DNA of 51,835 nucleotides from Octopus sinensis (GCF_006345805.1 NW_021833984.1:1-51835), one strand, 5' to 3'; positions 38,122 to 51,257 are shown, numbered from the stretch's first letter. Notes: generated by a model not told the origin, from the sequence alone. A program made the numbers and translations.

Positions 38122-38340
38122 TACATACATACATACATACATACATACATACATACATACATACATACATACATACATACATACATACATACATACGGGC
38201 TTCCTACAGTTTTCGTCTACCATATCAACTCACAAGGATTTGTCTGGTCCGGGGCTATAAGACTATAAGATAAGACACTTACCCAAAGCGACATACAGTG
38301 AGACTGAACCCGGAACCATAGGGTTGGGAAACAAACTTCT
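37163..38340. mobile_element. SINE B (+ 37163-37545) and SINE B (- 37830-38340)
   Basis: Family motifs. Confidence 0.85.
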
Positions 38341-38931
38341 TAATACTGAAGATGAGGTTAATAACCTCGAAAAATATAGTAACACACATTCTATCTGTGT
38401 GGAAAAGCCATTTGCTGCTTTTAGAAATCATAGTATGTCGTCAGAACATTTACAATTATAATAACCAGCTTGATTTCATCGATTTAGTCTGTTCACACTC
38501 CCCTCAATGCAGTAAAGTGATATCTAACGATGATGTACGATAGATAAGCTCTGCTGAATAAACATTATATCTGATTAAACCACTTTTGATTGGTTACAGC
38601 GTTTGAAAAAATATAACAAACAAAAATGTTGTATAGTCAACGCCAACGATAAGACGATATGGTTATAAACAAGTGTTTGGTGAGGAAATAGAATTAGAAG
38701 CAGCTAAAACACGTTTCTAATCTTTTAATGTAGCTGGGGTTTACTGAACTAAAAGTACTTTCTGTCTGGACCCCAGGGTGTTACTGGAAGCGCGCAGGGA
38801 GTCAGTCGATAAGCATTTCAGAGAACAACAAAGGACTGATAAATATATATAAAAGAAAAACAAAAACAAAAACAAGCAGAACCATTGTCCGCTCTGCTTC
38901 TTCGGCCAACTCTGACCCCATTAACGAATCC

Positions 38932-38983
38932 TTTGTCAGTAGCGTCTCTACCTCCACGTGATCGTAGAGACGCTTCTGACAAA
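38932..38983. other. 52-nt near-perfect hairpin
   Basis: TTTGTCAG-T-AGCGTCTCTAC / 12-nt loop / GTAGAGACGCT-T-CTGACAAA. Confidence 0.85.
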
Positions 38984-39099
38984 TCCTAAACTGTCGTTTT
39001 AAACATATTCACAAGGGATAACACCCAGTTGGAAAACCCACTGAAAATTATTCATTAATTCAACCAATGTATATGAGTATAAGATTAGTGAAATTAGCC

Positions 39100-39480
39100 A
39101 AATCTATTATAAGAGGAGGCAAATTAACTAGAAGTGGGACATTAAATTAGATACAGACATCGGAATTATATAATTAAAGCGAAACCCGCCCATACTAATA
39201 TTTAGGAGAAGATGAAAGCGAAATATTACATTAGACAGAAAAGATGACATAGTGAAGAGATTAATATTAAAAACTAAACTCGTTGCTAGAAATGATATAA
39301 TAGTTATAAAAATATTAGCCGTGGTGGTTATAAACTACAGCTTGAACGTAATAAAGTGGAGAGTAAATGAATTAAAGAGCTATGATAGAAAAACAGGAAA
39401 CTACAAAGAGTGCAGCGATGCCACCACTTGAAAGCTGGTATAAATAGAATTACAGAAAAGTACAGAGATTTTGGTTGTTG
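39100..39480 (+). mobile_element. R4/Dong-like LINE RT fragment
   Basis: RLILKTKLVARNDIIVI (frameshift) LAVVVINYSLNVIKWRVNELKSYDRKT..HLKAGINR resembles the R4-clade post-RT motif (N.I.AIN..AVP...YS...I.W...EL..LDRKTR..H.K....R.Y). Confidence 0.7.
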
Positions 39481-39844
39481 GAGAAGAATTCTGTTATATA
39501 TGTCAACCGTGGGATTAGAAAAAATATTTTTGAAACAAGCAGAGGGAAATTAAATGGTATAAGGAAACAGGAAGAAGGCATAAAGGAAAAGATCTCTCCC
39601 CCTTCTTTCCCCTCCTCTCTCTGCGGCCATGGGTGTGTGATTAAAGCGTTTGCTTCGCAACCATATGGTTACGGGTTCAATCCCGCTGCGCGATAACTCG
39701 GATAAGGGTCTGCTACTATAGCACAGGATCGATCAATGCCGTGGGAGTCAATTTTGGTTGACTGAAGCTGGAAAAGCCAGTTGTGTGCGTGCGCGTGTAG
39801 TTCGTGTGAGTGTAGATTGTGTGTGTGGTGTGTGTGTGTGTGTG

Positions 39845-39894
<50 letters not shown>

Positions 39895-39932
39895 TTGTGT
39901 ATTTGTGTGTGTTAGCGTATGTATAGATAGAG

Positions 39933-40040
<108 letters not shown>

Positions 40041-40097
40041 GTTTAAAAGGCGTATATTGTGTTATGCGGAAAATATTCCGTCAATATTGCACAAATA

Positions 40098-40245
40098 AGC
40101 GCAGGAGTGGCTGTGTGGTAAGTAGTTTGCTTACTAACCACATGTTTCTGGGTTCAGTCCCACTGTGTGGTACCTGAGGCAAGTGTCTTCTACTATAGCC
40201 TCGGGCCGACCTAAACCTTGTGAGTGGATTTGGCAGACATATGTA

Positions 40246-40329
<84 letters not shown>

Positions 40330-40570
40330 GTATGTAGTATGTATGTATGTATGTATGTATGTATGTATGTGTGTGTGCATATGTTTGTGTGTCTGTGTTT
40401 GTCCCCCCAGCATCGCTTGATAACCGATGCTGGTGCGTTTACGTCCCCGTAACTTAGCGATTCGGCAAAAGAAACCGATAGAATAAGTACTAGGCTTACA
40501 AATTTGCTTGACCAAATGCGGTGCTCCAGCATGGCCGCAGTCAAATGACTGAAACAAGTAAAAGAGTAAA
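40098..40570 (+). mobile_element. SINE B
   Basis: Family motifs. Confidence 0.9.
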
Positions 40571-40594
40571 AAAAGATGATGTTGACATCAATTT

Positions 40595-40930
40595 TAAAAT
40601 TCATCCAAGACTTGGCCCCCGTGCAATCCACCCACTACAAAATTCGAACTCGGTACACATAGCAACGTTATGTCACAATTTCTTTACCTCAACCGGTCCA
40701 GCTCTCTTTAATACCATACCAAAATACGTCAAATCGGAAACGGATCCCATAAAATTCAAATGTTCACTGAACAAATTTCTTCAAAGAATCCCGGACCAAC
40801 CTCCTACACCCGGATAATCTCCAATAATAATAACTCTTTGCTAGAGTGGGCCATGGTGCCCCATATATGACTAAAAGATTTCACAAGGTGGTGCTATTAA
40901 GTTAGATATGGCCTGGGCCTACACTGGCCG
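40595..40930 (+). mobile_element. CR1/L2-type LINE 3' end
   Basis: GPALFNTIPKYVK..FKCSLNKFLQRIPDQPPTPG matches the CR1-group ORF2 C-terminus, followed by a 3' UTR. Confidence 0.8.
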
Positions 40931-40934
40931 AAAC

Positions 40935-41355
40935 CTTACTCTTTACTCTTTTACTCTTTTACTTGTTTCAGTCATTTGACTGCGGCCATGCTGGAGCACC
41001 GCCTTAAGTCGAGCAAATCGACCCCAGGACTTATTCTTTGTAAGCCCAGTACTTATTCTATCGGTCTCTTTTGCCGAACCACTAAGTGACGGGGACGTAA
41101 ACACACCAGCATCGGTTGTCATGCAATGCTAGGGGGACAAACACAGACACACACACACACACACGCATACATATATATATACATATATACGACAGGCTTC
41201 TTTCAGTTTCCGTCTACCAAATCCACTCACAAGGCATTGGTCGGCCCGGGGCTATAGTAGAAGACACTTGCTCAAGATGCCACGCAGTGGGACTGAACCC
41301 GGAACCATGTGGTTGGTAAGCAAGCTACTTACCACACAGCCACTCCTGCGCCTAT
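40935..41355 (-). mobile_element. SINE B, young full length
   Basis: Family motifs. Confidence 0.9.
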
Positions 41356-41639
41356 CTATAACTTATCAAAGTTATAGCGCTGCAAGTCCGCAGCTAGCTT
41401 TTTCGTTGTTGACTAGTGTGTAGTTTCAAAATGCCTTATTTTACAACTATGAGATGTATTGTTATTGTTTTGATTTTATCTTACTATGATCAACAACAAA
41501 CACATTTCGTCAATATTAAAGTCTTTATTAGATTAAAAATAACATTATCAAAACATGATGGCAAAACAAAACAAATGTGCTTTGTTTTCTTCCGGGCACC
41601 AATGTACTGTACCAGTAGTCTTCCACGTTGTTCAGCGAC

Positions 41640-41779
41640 CGACCTTTCCTCTGTAAAAATCAGTGGAATCATTCGATCTCCATACACAAATTAAATACAC
41701 ACATTAGGTGCACCTTTCTCTGAGCGGCACACTAAATTTCCCAGGTAAAAATAGCGGCTTATACACCGGAAAATACGGA
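41640..41779. mobile_element. pogo-like element end
   Basis: gcggcttatacaccggaaaatacgga is the reverse-complement match to the 9270 terminus. Confidence 0.6.
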
Positions 41780-43269
41780 ACACTGAATATGAGTTTTAAA
41801 TAAGGACAAAACAATAGACTGAACTTAAAATGGGCGGGGTTGACTTCTTTAGACCTTCTGGGATCGATATAATAAAGTACCAATTAAACTCTGGAGTCGA
41901 TGATCCCGCCCCCCGCGCTCCAGCCAAAGTTTCCGGCCTTGTGCCTATTCTTTTTTATTCTTTTATTCTTTTATTTGTTTCAGTCATTTGACTGCAGCCA
42001 TGCTGGAGCACCGCCTTTGGTCGAGCAAATCTACCCCCAGGACTTATTCTTTATAAGCCTAGTACTTATTCTATCGTTCTCTTTTGCCGAACCGCTAAGA
42101 CGACGAGCTGGCAAAATCGTTAGCACGCCGGAAAAATTGCTATTCCCATTCTTCAGTTGTCCCTGTTTTATCTACTCCACGTTCCGAAAGTAAGGACAAG
42201 ACGCGTCTTCGTTGAAACATATATACATATATATGTAGGTATGTACATATATGCATGTATATATGCATATATTTATATATTGTTTATATTATTATATGAT
42301 CGAACGCCACGCATCCTTTGCCAAGTAAGTTTTATCTTAATAATTATGATGCGCACTCTTCTACCTTTACTATCTCTTCTGTGTCTATCTCTCTCCCTCT
42401 CTTGTTCTTCATCCTTTCTGCTTTTCTCTCCCACCATTCCCTATTCTTCTCCTCTCCTTTTCACCATTCCCTCTCTCTCACTCCTTCTCCTCCTCCTCGA
42501 ATCTCTCGTCGCTGACACATGACGAAAGATAATCTGTCTTTCTGTCCACAACCTTCGTAAAGAAAAAAACGTGCTTATACTGTCTCCTTCATAAGCTCGT
42601 CTTCCTCTAGCGTTCATAATAATTTTTCTATCGTCTTAGCTTAACAACCCTCACCGCTTGTTTTTACTTATTTGTTCTTACTGTCCTGTTCTTGTTACCA
42701 CTTTCACCTTCCGCAAAAAATTCCAAATTTTTTTTAATTTGCTTTCCGGGAAGAACTGTTTCAACGAAGTCGCGTCTTGTCCTTGCCTTCGTAAAGTGGA
42801 GTGGATGAAACAGGGACAACTGAAGAAGAGGAATGTTCTTTATGTTGTACGTCTCGTTTCTCTGTTTGTTTTTTCGTTGTTCCCAATAAAAGTTCGTTTC
42901 TATGTTTTTGTTTTTATGGTTTCGTTTTTCATTGTGTTCAACGTTTTATTATGTCCTGTACCTATATATGCATGATTATATACATATATATGTAGGTATG
43001 TATATATACGTATGTATATATGCATATATTTATATATTAGTTATATTTTATATATATATATATATATAAATATATATTTATATATATATATGATTATATA
43101 TGTATGTATATATATATGTGTGTGTGTATGCATATATATATATATATGCATATATATATATATATCCATATATATATATATATATGCATATATATATGTG
43201 TGTATATATATATATATGTGTGTGTGTGTGTATACATATATATATATAGGCGTAGCTGTATGGTAAGAG

Positions 43270-43322
<53 letters not shown>

Positions 43323-43611
43323 TAGATAGATAGATTGAGATAGAGAGACAGACAGACAGACAGAGTGAGAATGAGAGAGATATAGAGAGACATGAAGCGA
43401 CATAGAGAAAGATAAAGAAAGACAAAGAAGAAGAGATAGAAAGAGAGAGAGAAGGCAATATGTCGGCGTTGCACTGGTAACCTATTAAAAACATTCACAT
43501 TTCCTGTTTGAAAAGAAATCGATGATTGATTAATCCTCGTCAAACGATCTGCAACGAATTTTATTTATTTATTTATTATTTATTTATTATTTATTTATTT
43601 ATTATTTATTT

Positions 43612-43643
<32 letters not shown>

Positions 43644-44189
43644 TTCTTTTCAGAAGTGAAAAGGTTTTCCCAGGTCACGCTATAAATATTGTATATGCTG
43701 ATAACACACACACACACGTACGCACACACGCACACACACACACACACACTCACACGCGCGCAAGCACACATACACATACACACATGCACACACACACGCA
43801 CGCACGCACATACGCGCGATCATACACGCACATATGCATACACACATCTGCACATCTGCACAAACGCACGCACACATACACATGCACACATCCTCGCACA
43901 CACATGCAAGAATACACATACTCTACACAGATACTTATACACAAATATATGTGTGTGCGTGTACGTATGTATATATTAGTATATATATACACGCACATAT
44001 ATATATATATATCTATGTATGTATACATATATATATATATATATACATGCTTATATATATATATAAATGTGTGCGTGTGTGTGTGTGTGTATATATATGT
44101 ATATGTGTATATATATATAATATATATATATTATATTACATATATATATATACACACACACTTACACTCATTCTCGCGCGCGCGTATAG

Positions 44190-44395
44190 ACAAAGGGATG
44201 TTGAAAAGTTCCTGGCTTTAAAGGTTTCGCGAAAGGCCTAGCTCGAGGCCCAACCTTCCGAGTTCTTCTAAAGAGGTTAGAAAAACTGAAGGCCCGCTGC
44301 CATAAGTTTGTGAATCTGAGAGGGGAATATGTTGAATAAAATCATAATTAACTGATCTGTTATTTTCTTTTACTCAAAGCCAGAACTCTTCGTCA
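44190..44395 (+). mobile_element. Mariner-derived MITE with transposase C-terminal remnant
   Basis: TIR-like gaaaagttcctggcttt / aaagccagaactc, and LEKLKARCHKFVNLRGEYVE* at 44277-44339. Confidence 0.8.
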
Positions 44396-45268
44396 TGTTC
44401 TTGTGTGTATATATAACCAATCATAAACATACACGCGCATGCATATATAGAAACATACACACATACGTTATACAATTTACAGAAGTTTTGCACGTAATAA
44501 TGCATATATTGACGTATGCACATACATAACTAAGTGCATACAGATCCACACATCCAATGAAATCTAGGCTTACATAATACATACATACATCATACATACA
44601 TACATACATACATACATACATACATACATGCATGCATGCATACATACATACATACATACATACACATACATACATACATACATACATATATGCATACATA
44701 CATACATACATACATACATACATACATACATACATACATACATACATACATACATACGTACATACATACATATATGCATACATACATACTATTTAGCCAA
44801 TCTTGAGAAATTATGCTTCTCGAAACCAGAAAGAAGGAAGCTGATTGGATGACTACAGATCCAAGCCATTACCGGAACTGTAAACATTTGTAAAATTTTC
44901 CAGGCGTTTATCATTTACGTATGCATAAACATGTCTAGACATGCAACTATATGCATGAGAATACATGCATAAAACAAAACATACAAATCTGCACATATAT
45001 ACAAACATATATACAAAAATACCCTGTTGATGTTGTTGAAATTTCAATGAAGGAACATTGGATCTAGGATAGAGACCGGGTCCTTCTCTGTTGGAAAGAA
45101 TTCTTGAAATAAAACTGAATAATGACATACATACATACATGTGTGCGTAAATACATACATATATACACATATACATACATACATACGTACACATGCATAC
45201 ATACATGTACAGATATATACAGTTAGAAAGGCATGCATTCCTGTATCCCTGCACGTCTACATAAATAC

Positions 45269-45322
<54 letters not shown>

Positions 45323-45334
45323 AGAGAGAGAGAG

Positions 45335-45535
45335 TTAATCTAAACATGAAAACACAAAGAGAAAACACAACAACGCGAGGACGTTGAACAAGTATAAAGT
45401 TATTGGACGCTCAGGAAGAAAGAAAGAAGGATTCAACGTTTCGAGGAGCTCTTCGTCAGAAATATAGAAAAGGAAAAGTCCAAGGAAGGGAAGACGGAGG
45501 AAAAAAATCGCCAACGAGACACATACGGTCACATA
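45335..45535 (-). mobile_element. PLE-like short element between (TA)n tracts, with hammerhead motif at 45431-45463
   Basis: Minus strand reads attt CTGACGA a gag-ctc-ctc GAAA cgtt|gaat. Confidence 0.65.
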
Positions 45536-45544
45536 TTGAATGCT

Positions 45545-45602
<58 letters not shown>

Positions 45603-45964
45603 TATAATATATACATAACATACATACATACATACATACTAATACATACATACATACATACATACATACATACAACATACATAATAAACATACATAACAT
45701 ACATATGCAGCGTGGCCAGAAATTACAATAAGTAAATCAAAATTCCATAAATACTATCTGTAATTCTGTATTGAGGAATGGAAAAGTGCGTCGCTCAGAG
45801 GGTCTTCAGTTTGATTCATGATGTTTCATATTTAGATGCTTTTATTAAATTCATTCAGTCGTTTTAAACATAAATAAATCTTGGAATTAAATGGTTTGAT
45901 TTACTGTCAGGTGACTTTTGGTCAAACCCTGTATTATATATAATATAATATATATATAATATAT

Positions 45965-45996
<32 letters not shown>

Positions 45997-46369
45997 ATAT
46001 ATTTAATGTAGGATAACATTTTTTCGAAAAAAATTTTATCAATGGTCAACATATTAAAAAATATCTTTAAAGGTAAGGGCCAAACGAATATTTTTTTAGA
46101 AATTTCTGTCGGCCTTTTTTTTCGAGTAGCGTGCATATTGTGAAAAATTATATGGTTATGGACAATATGTCCAATTTCGGCATATTTGGCAGAATTTTTT
46201 GGTTTGCCCTTATTTATAAGTTGTTTATAATATATATAATAATTATTTGAGGGAATATTAATCTTAACTTAAATCAAATTTCACACAATATATATATTAT
46301 ATATATATATTATATATATATTAATATATATATATATATATATATTAAATTAGAAAACCTATGTTGGTT

Positions 46370-46939
46370 TCTTAGCTGTTTGGCAAAAGAGTTCGACTGA
46401 AAAAAAGAAAGAAAGAGAAGACTTAAGAAATAAGTACTGGGGTTGATTCGCTCGGCAAAAGCTCTTCAAAGCGGTGACCCAGCATGACCACGGTCCATTG
46501 ATTTAAACAAGTAAGTCGGGGTAAAAGTCAAAGGTTTCATCAAAAAATTAGTGAGAAAGAAAATATCAAAAGTAAACTGCTCGAGGCCGACAGCTTCTCT
46601 GGTCAACAAATCAATTCATATTTACCATCTATAATTTTAATTGTGTGTTACTTGGATATTTAGGAATGTTTCTAAGTGTCCAAGAGGCAGTGTCAGAAAA
46701 TAGGGAACTTTAAAATGGTGTAAGTAGCCCACTTATACCCTTCAGTCTGTAAAAGAAACAGCAAAAATATGTATGTGTGTGTGTGTGTGCGTGCGTGTGT
46801 GTATATATGTATATATTATATATAAAACTATATATATATACACACACACAATGCACACACACACTCACACACACATGCACATATGTTTGTCTGTGTGTAT
46901 GTATGTATATGTACACACTCATAGAACCGTGCATACATT

Positions 46940-46992
<53 letters not shown>

Positions 46993-47014
46993 ATATACAT
47001 ATATATATATATAC

Positions 47015-47057
<43 letters not shown>

Positions 47058-48190
47058 CATATATATATATATTCATGTATGGTGTGTGTGTGTGCGGTGT
47101 GCGGGAACTGGTATGGGTGTGGAAGTGTGTGTGTATGTCTGTGTGTATGTGTGTGTGTGTGTTTGTGTGTGTAAGCACTTTAGTTAAAAATAAGGTACTC
47201 GTTTTACAGCTTATCGTATTGTATTATATATTTGATCACTTAATTATTCCGATTTTAATAGTGCGTGTTTTATATCACCGTTGTCGAGGTCAGAGCATTG
47301 AATACAAAAACCTTGAAAAGAAATATTCAAAGATCAATAAAAAAAAATAAAGCGTTTGGCTTCACGAGTAAAGATAGATTTACCCCAACCGCTTGACAAC
47401 CTGTGTTGGTTTCTTAGCTGTTTGGCAAAAGAGACCGATAGAAGTAGAAGGCTCAAGAAATAAGTACTCGTTCGGTAAAAGGCCTTCAAAGGCGGAATTT
47501 GAACTCAGGACGTAACGGCAGCCGTATTTCGTCTGCCGTTACGTTCTGAGTTCAAATTCCGCCGAGGTCGACTTTGCCTTTCATCCTTTCGGGGACGATA
47601 AATTAAGTACTAGTTACGTACTGGGGTCGATCTAATCGACTGGCCCCCTCCCCCAAAATTTCGGGCCTTGTGCCTAGAGTAGAAAAGAAAAGGCCTTCAA
47701 AACAGCGACCTAACATGACCACAGTCCATTGATTTAAACAAGTGAGAAGAGAAAAAATATCAAAGGTTTCATCTAAAAATTCGTGAGAAAGAAAATATCT
47801 ATTTCTTTATTACCCACAAGGGGCTAAACACAGAGAGGACAAACAAGGACAGACAAACGGATTAAGTCGATTATATCGACCCCAGTGCGTAACTGGTACT
47901 TATTTAATCGACCCCGAAAGGATGAAAGGCAAAGTCGACCTCGGCGGAATTTGAATTCAGAACGTAACGGCAGGCGAAATACGGCTACGCATTTCGCCCG
48001 AACTGCTTCGAGGCCTACAGCTTATCTGGTCAACAAATCAATTCATATTTACCATCTATAATTTTAAGTGTGTTACTTGGACACTTAGTATGTTAATAAG
48101 TGTCCAAGTGTCAGTGTCAGAAAATGGGGAACTTTAAAATGATGTAAGTGGCCCACTTATACTCTTCAGTCCGTAAACTAAACAGTAAAA
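46370..48190. repeat. Local duplication of about 400 bp (46370-46765 and 47400-48190), second copy interrupted by two SINE A insertions
   Basis: Shared ggtcaacaaatcaattcatatttaccatctataattttaa and other blocks. Confidence 0.9.
47491..47687 (+). mobile_element. SINE A with 5' inverted duplication and 14-bp TSD
   Basis: TSD AAAAGGCCTTCAAA at 47477-47490 and 47688-47701. 47491-47521 is the reverse complement of 47533-47563. Confidence 0.9.
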
Positions 48191-48280
48191 GTAGGCATGT
48201 GTTTTCTGAAGATAAGCATAAGTCATCGCTGTAGTTGTAAATCTAGAATCAGGCGATAGATCCAACTCTTTGTTTTTTAG

Positions 48281-48391
48281 ACGAAGTGACCAACACGAGC
48301 TTGTGGAATTTGCTCGTAGAGAGGACGTTGATTGCAAATACGAGATGAACTCTTTTTTTGCAAGGCAGACTTGGCCTGGAATTATTAACCT
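48281..48391 (+). CDS. Candidate 111-nt exon RSDQHELVEFARREDVDCKYEMNSFFARQTWPGIINL
   Basis: Acceptor ctctttgttttttag and donor CT|GTATGT, only one plus frame open. Confidence 0.35.
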
Positions 48392-48407
48392 GTATGTGAA
48401 GGAACAA

Positions 48408-48823
48408 GGCGGTGAGCTGGCAGAAACGTTAGCACGCCGGGCGAAATGCTTTGCGGTATTTCGTCTGCCGTTACGTTCTGAGTTCAAATTCCGCCGAGGT
48501 CGACTTTGCCTTTCATCCTTTCGGGGTCGATAAATTAAGTACCAGTTACGCACTCTGGTCGATATAATCGACGTAATCCGTTTGTCTGTCCTTGTTTGTC
48601 TCCGCTGGGTTTAGCCCCTTGTGGGTAGTAAAGAAATAGGTATTTCGTCTGCCGTTACGTTGTGAGTTCAAATTCCACCGAGGTCGACTTTGCCTTTCAT
48701 CCTTTCGGGGGTCAATGAAATAAGAACCAGTTACGCACTGGGGTCGATGTAATCGACTTAATCCGTTTGTCTGTCCTTGTTTGTCCCCTCTGTGTTTAGC
48801 CCCTTGTGGGTAATAAAGAAATA
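48408..48823 (+). mobile_element. SINE A dimer flanked by one 17-bp TSD
   Basis: TGTATGTGAAGGAACAA at 48391-48407 and 48824-48840. Confidence 0.95.
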
Positions 48824-48859
48824 TGTATGTGAAGGAACAACTTTCTCTCTCTTTCTCTT

Positions 48860-48895
<36 letters not shown>

Positions 48896-48914
48896 CTCTA
48901 TTGCTGAACATAGC

Positions 48915-49230
48915 GGAGGCGCGTGGCATAGGGATTAGGATATGCACCTCACGATCGTTAGTTCGTGAGTTCGATAGCTCGCGACGCATTGGTATCTTTG
49001 AGCTGAAAAAAAAATTAGTAGTAGTACCAGTATTTCAAAGGGACACCCTTGTCACATTGTGTGTCACATTGTCTGTCACACTGAATCTCCTTGAGAACTA
49101 CGTTAAGGGTACGTGTGGAGTGCTCAGCTGTGGAGTGCTCAGCTCCTTACACTATCATTTCACGAGCAGGCTGTCTTGTAGACCGGATCAACTGGAAACC
49201 TCGTTGTCATAACCGAAGGAGTGCCAGAAG
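48915..49230 (+). mobile_element. SINE D
   Basis: Family motifs. Confidence 0.8.
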
Positions 49231-49737
49231 GAAATTGCTGAACAGTCAATGATAAATAATCAGGAATGCTTTTAAATTATAAACTAATTTTCTCTTTGCA
49301 AAACGTGTCAAACATCGTAAAATGTTGAATTTCGTTTGAGAAATTTATCTAAAATTCTGCTTTGCTGACGATTTCAAAAAAGGATGAAATAGCACTATAC
49401 ATTTCTACCAACGACTAGAAACGTAACGATCTTTATAATGTGTTGAAAACTATTAAATGTGTACGATCTGTACACTTTCTTTACTTTTTGATATAAATTT
49501 CAAACTTTCAAATTCACCTCAAATTTACTTATTCTAGTAGAGATTGTCTCCCCTGTAATAATTGACTACCGAAAACACACCACGTTCAAATAATTTTAAA
49601 AAAACATAGATAACACACGCAAACATGTGTGCATGTATGCGTGTGTGTGTATGTGCATGTATGCGTGTGTTATTGAATGGCGATGACCCAGCATGGCCAC
49701 ATATATAAATACATATATGCATAGATGCATATATATA

Positions 49738-50240
49738 GGAGCAGGAGTGGCTGCGTGGTAAGTAACTTGCTTACCAACCATATGGTTCCGGGTTCAATCC
49801 CACTGCGTGGCAACTTGGGCAAGTGTCTTCTACTATAGCCTTGGGCCGACCAAAGACTTGTGAGTGGATTTGGTAGACGGAAACTGAAGAAGCCTGTCGT
49901 ATGTATGTAATATATATATTATATATATATATCTATAATTATATATATTATATATATATATTATATATATATATATATATGTATATATTATATATATATT
50001 ATATTATGTATATATATATATATGAATGTGTGTGTATATGTTTGTGTGTCTGTGTTTGTCTCCCCCCCCCAAATCGTTTGAAACCGATGCTGGTGTGTTT
50101 ACATCCCCGTAGCTTAGCCGATTCGGCAGAAGAAACCGATAGAATAAGTACCTAGGCTTACAAAGAAATAAGTCCCGGGTGTCGATTTGCTCGACTAAAG
50201 GTGGTGCTCCAGCATGGGCACTGTCAAATGACTGAAACCA
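49738..50240 (+). mobile_element. SINE B
   Basis: Family motifs. Confidence 0.9.
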
Positions 50241-50428
50241 GTAAAGAGTAAAAGAGTATATATATATATATATATTATATAGTATATATAATATAATATA
50301 TATAATACATATATATATATATGATTATATATATATATATTATACACCACAAACACACACAGTGTGTGTGTATGTGTGGTTATATTCGAGACCGACTGTA
50401 TGTAGGAATGGAATGGAAATTAACATTT

Positions 50429-50926
50429 CAGTAAATAATCACTCGCCATATCGGGGTTCACATATCGCACACTCGGTACATCGCGGATTTTTCTGACTAA
50501 TATATATATATATATGTAAATTTATATCGTGGACTCCTCAGTATATCGCGGATTTCTGCGGCCGATAGGTATTTATATTTTTTTTTAGCTTTTAATTATT
50601 TCTGTGGTTGAATAAGCATTTTCATGCCTAAAAATCAATAAATTAATAAATTAATAAATAAAATTACAGTACTGCATTGTATAACACGTTGATTAGAATA
50701 TATTAAAAGAAAGTACGTAGAGTACCGTAGATGAGTAAACAAAGAATCGCACATACTGTATGGAAAACGAAACCCGGGAGGCAGTGTGTGGTGTTGTTGT
50801 GCATTTATAATAAAATAGATATATACAAATTATATATATATATATACAGTACTGTTTCTACTTTCGCGATTTTCACCTATCGCGGGGGTTGGGGAACGTA
50901 AACACCGCGATAGTCGAAGATTACTG
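50429..50926. mobile_element. Tigger-like MITE
   Basis: Left cagtaa..aatcactcgccatatcg, right cgcgatagtcgaagattactg followed by TA. Confidence 0.75.
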
Positions 50927-50960
50927 TATATATATATATATTATATATATATATATATAT

Positions 50961-51000
<40 letters not shown>

Positions 51001-51216
51001 TAATAATAGAAGGGTAAAATTTTATACTGGAAAAATATTATACTGACGAGAGAAATAAGTAAAATTTAAATTACTTTAATCTCGAAACGCTATATAATTA
51101 ATCCTGGTCGTGTTGATTCATTGTTTTTCTCTTGCCTTCGGAAAAAAGTATGTTTACCGTCATGGAGATTCTTATAGTTGCTGAAAGGGAAAATTTTACA
51201 GTTAGCTGAACCCTAA

Positions 51217-51257
<41 letters not shown>

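Noticed and set aside
38600-38679. Exon with good acceptor and donor
   Set aside because: All three frames are closed; at most a UTR exon.
42815-42860. CTGAAGA in a PLE-looking repeat
   Set aside because: There is no stem II/GAAAC arrangement.
46074-46211. Small inverted repeat taagggccaaac/gtttgccctta
   Set aside because: It may be a MITE, but the TIR is short and no TSD can be supported.
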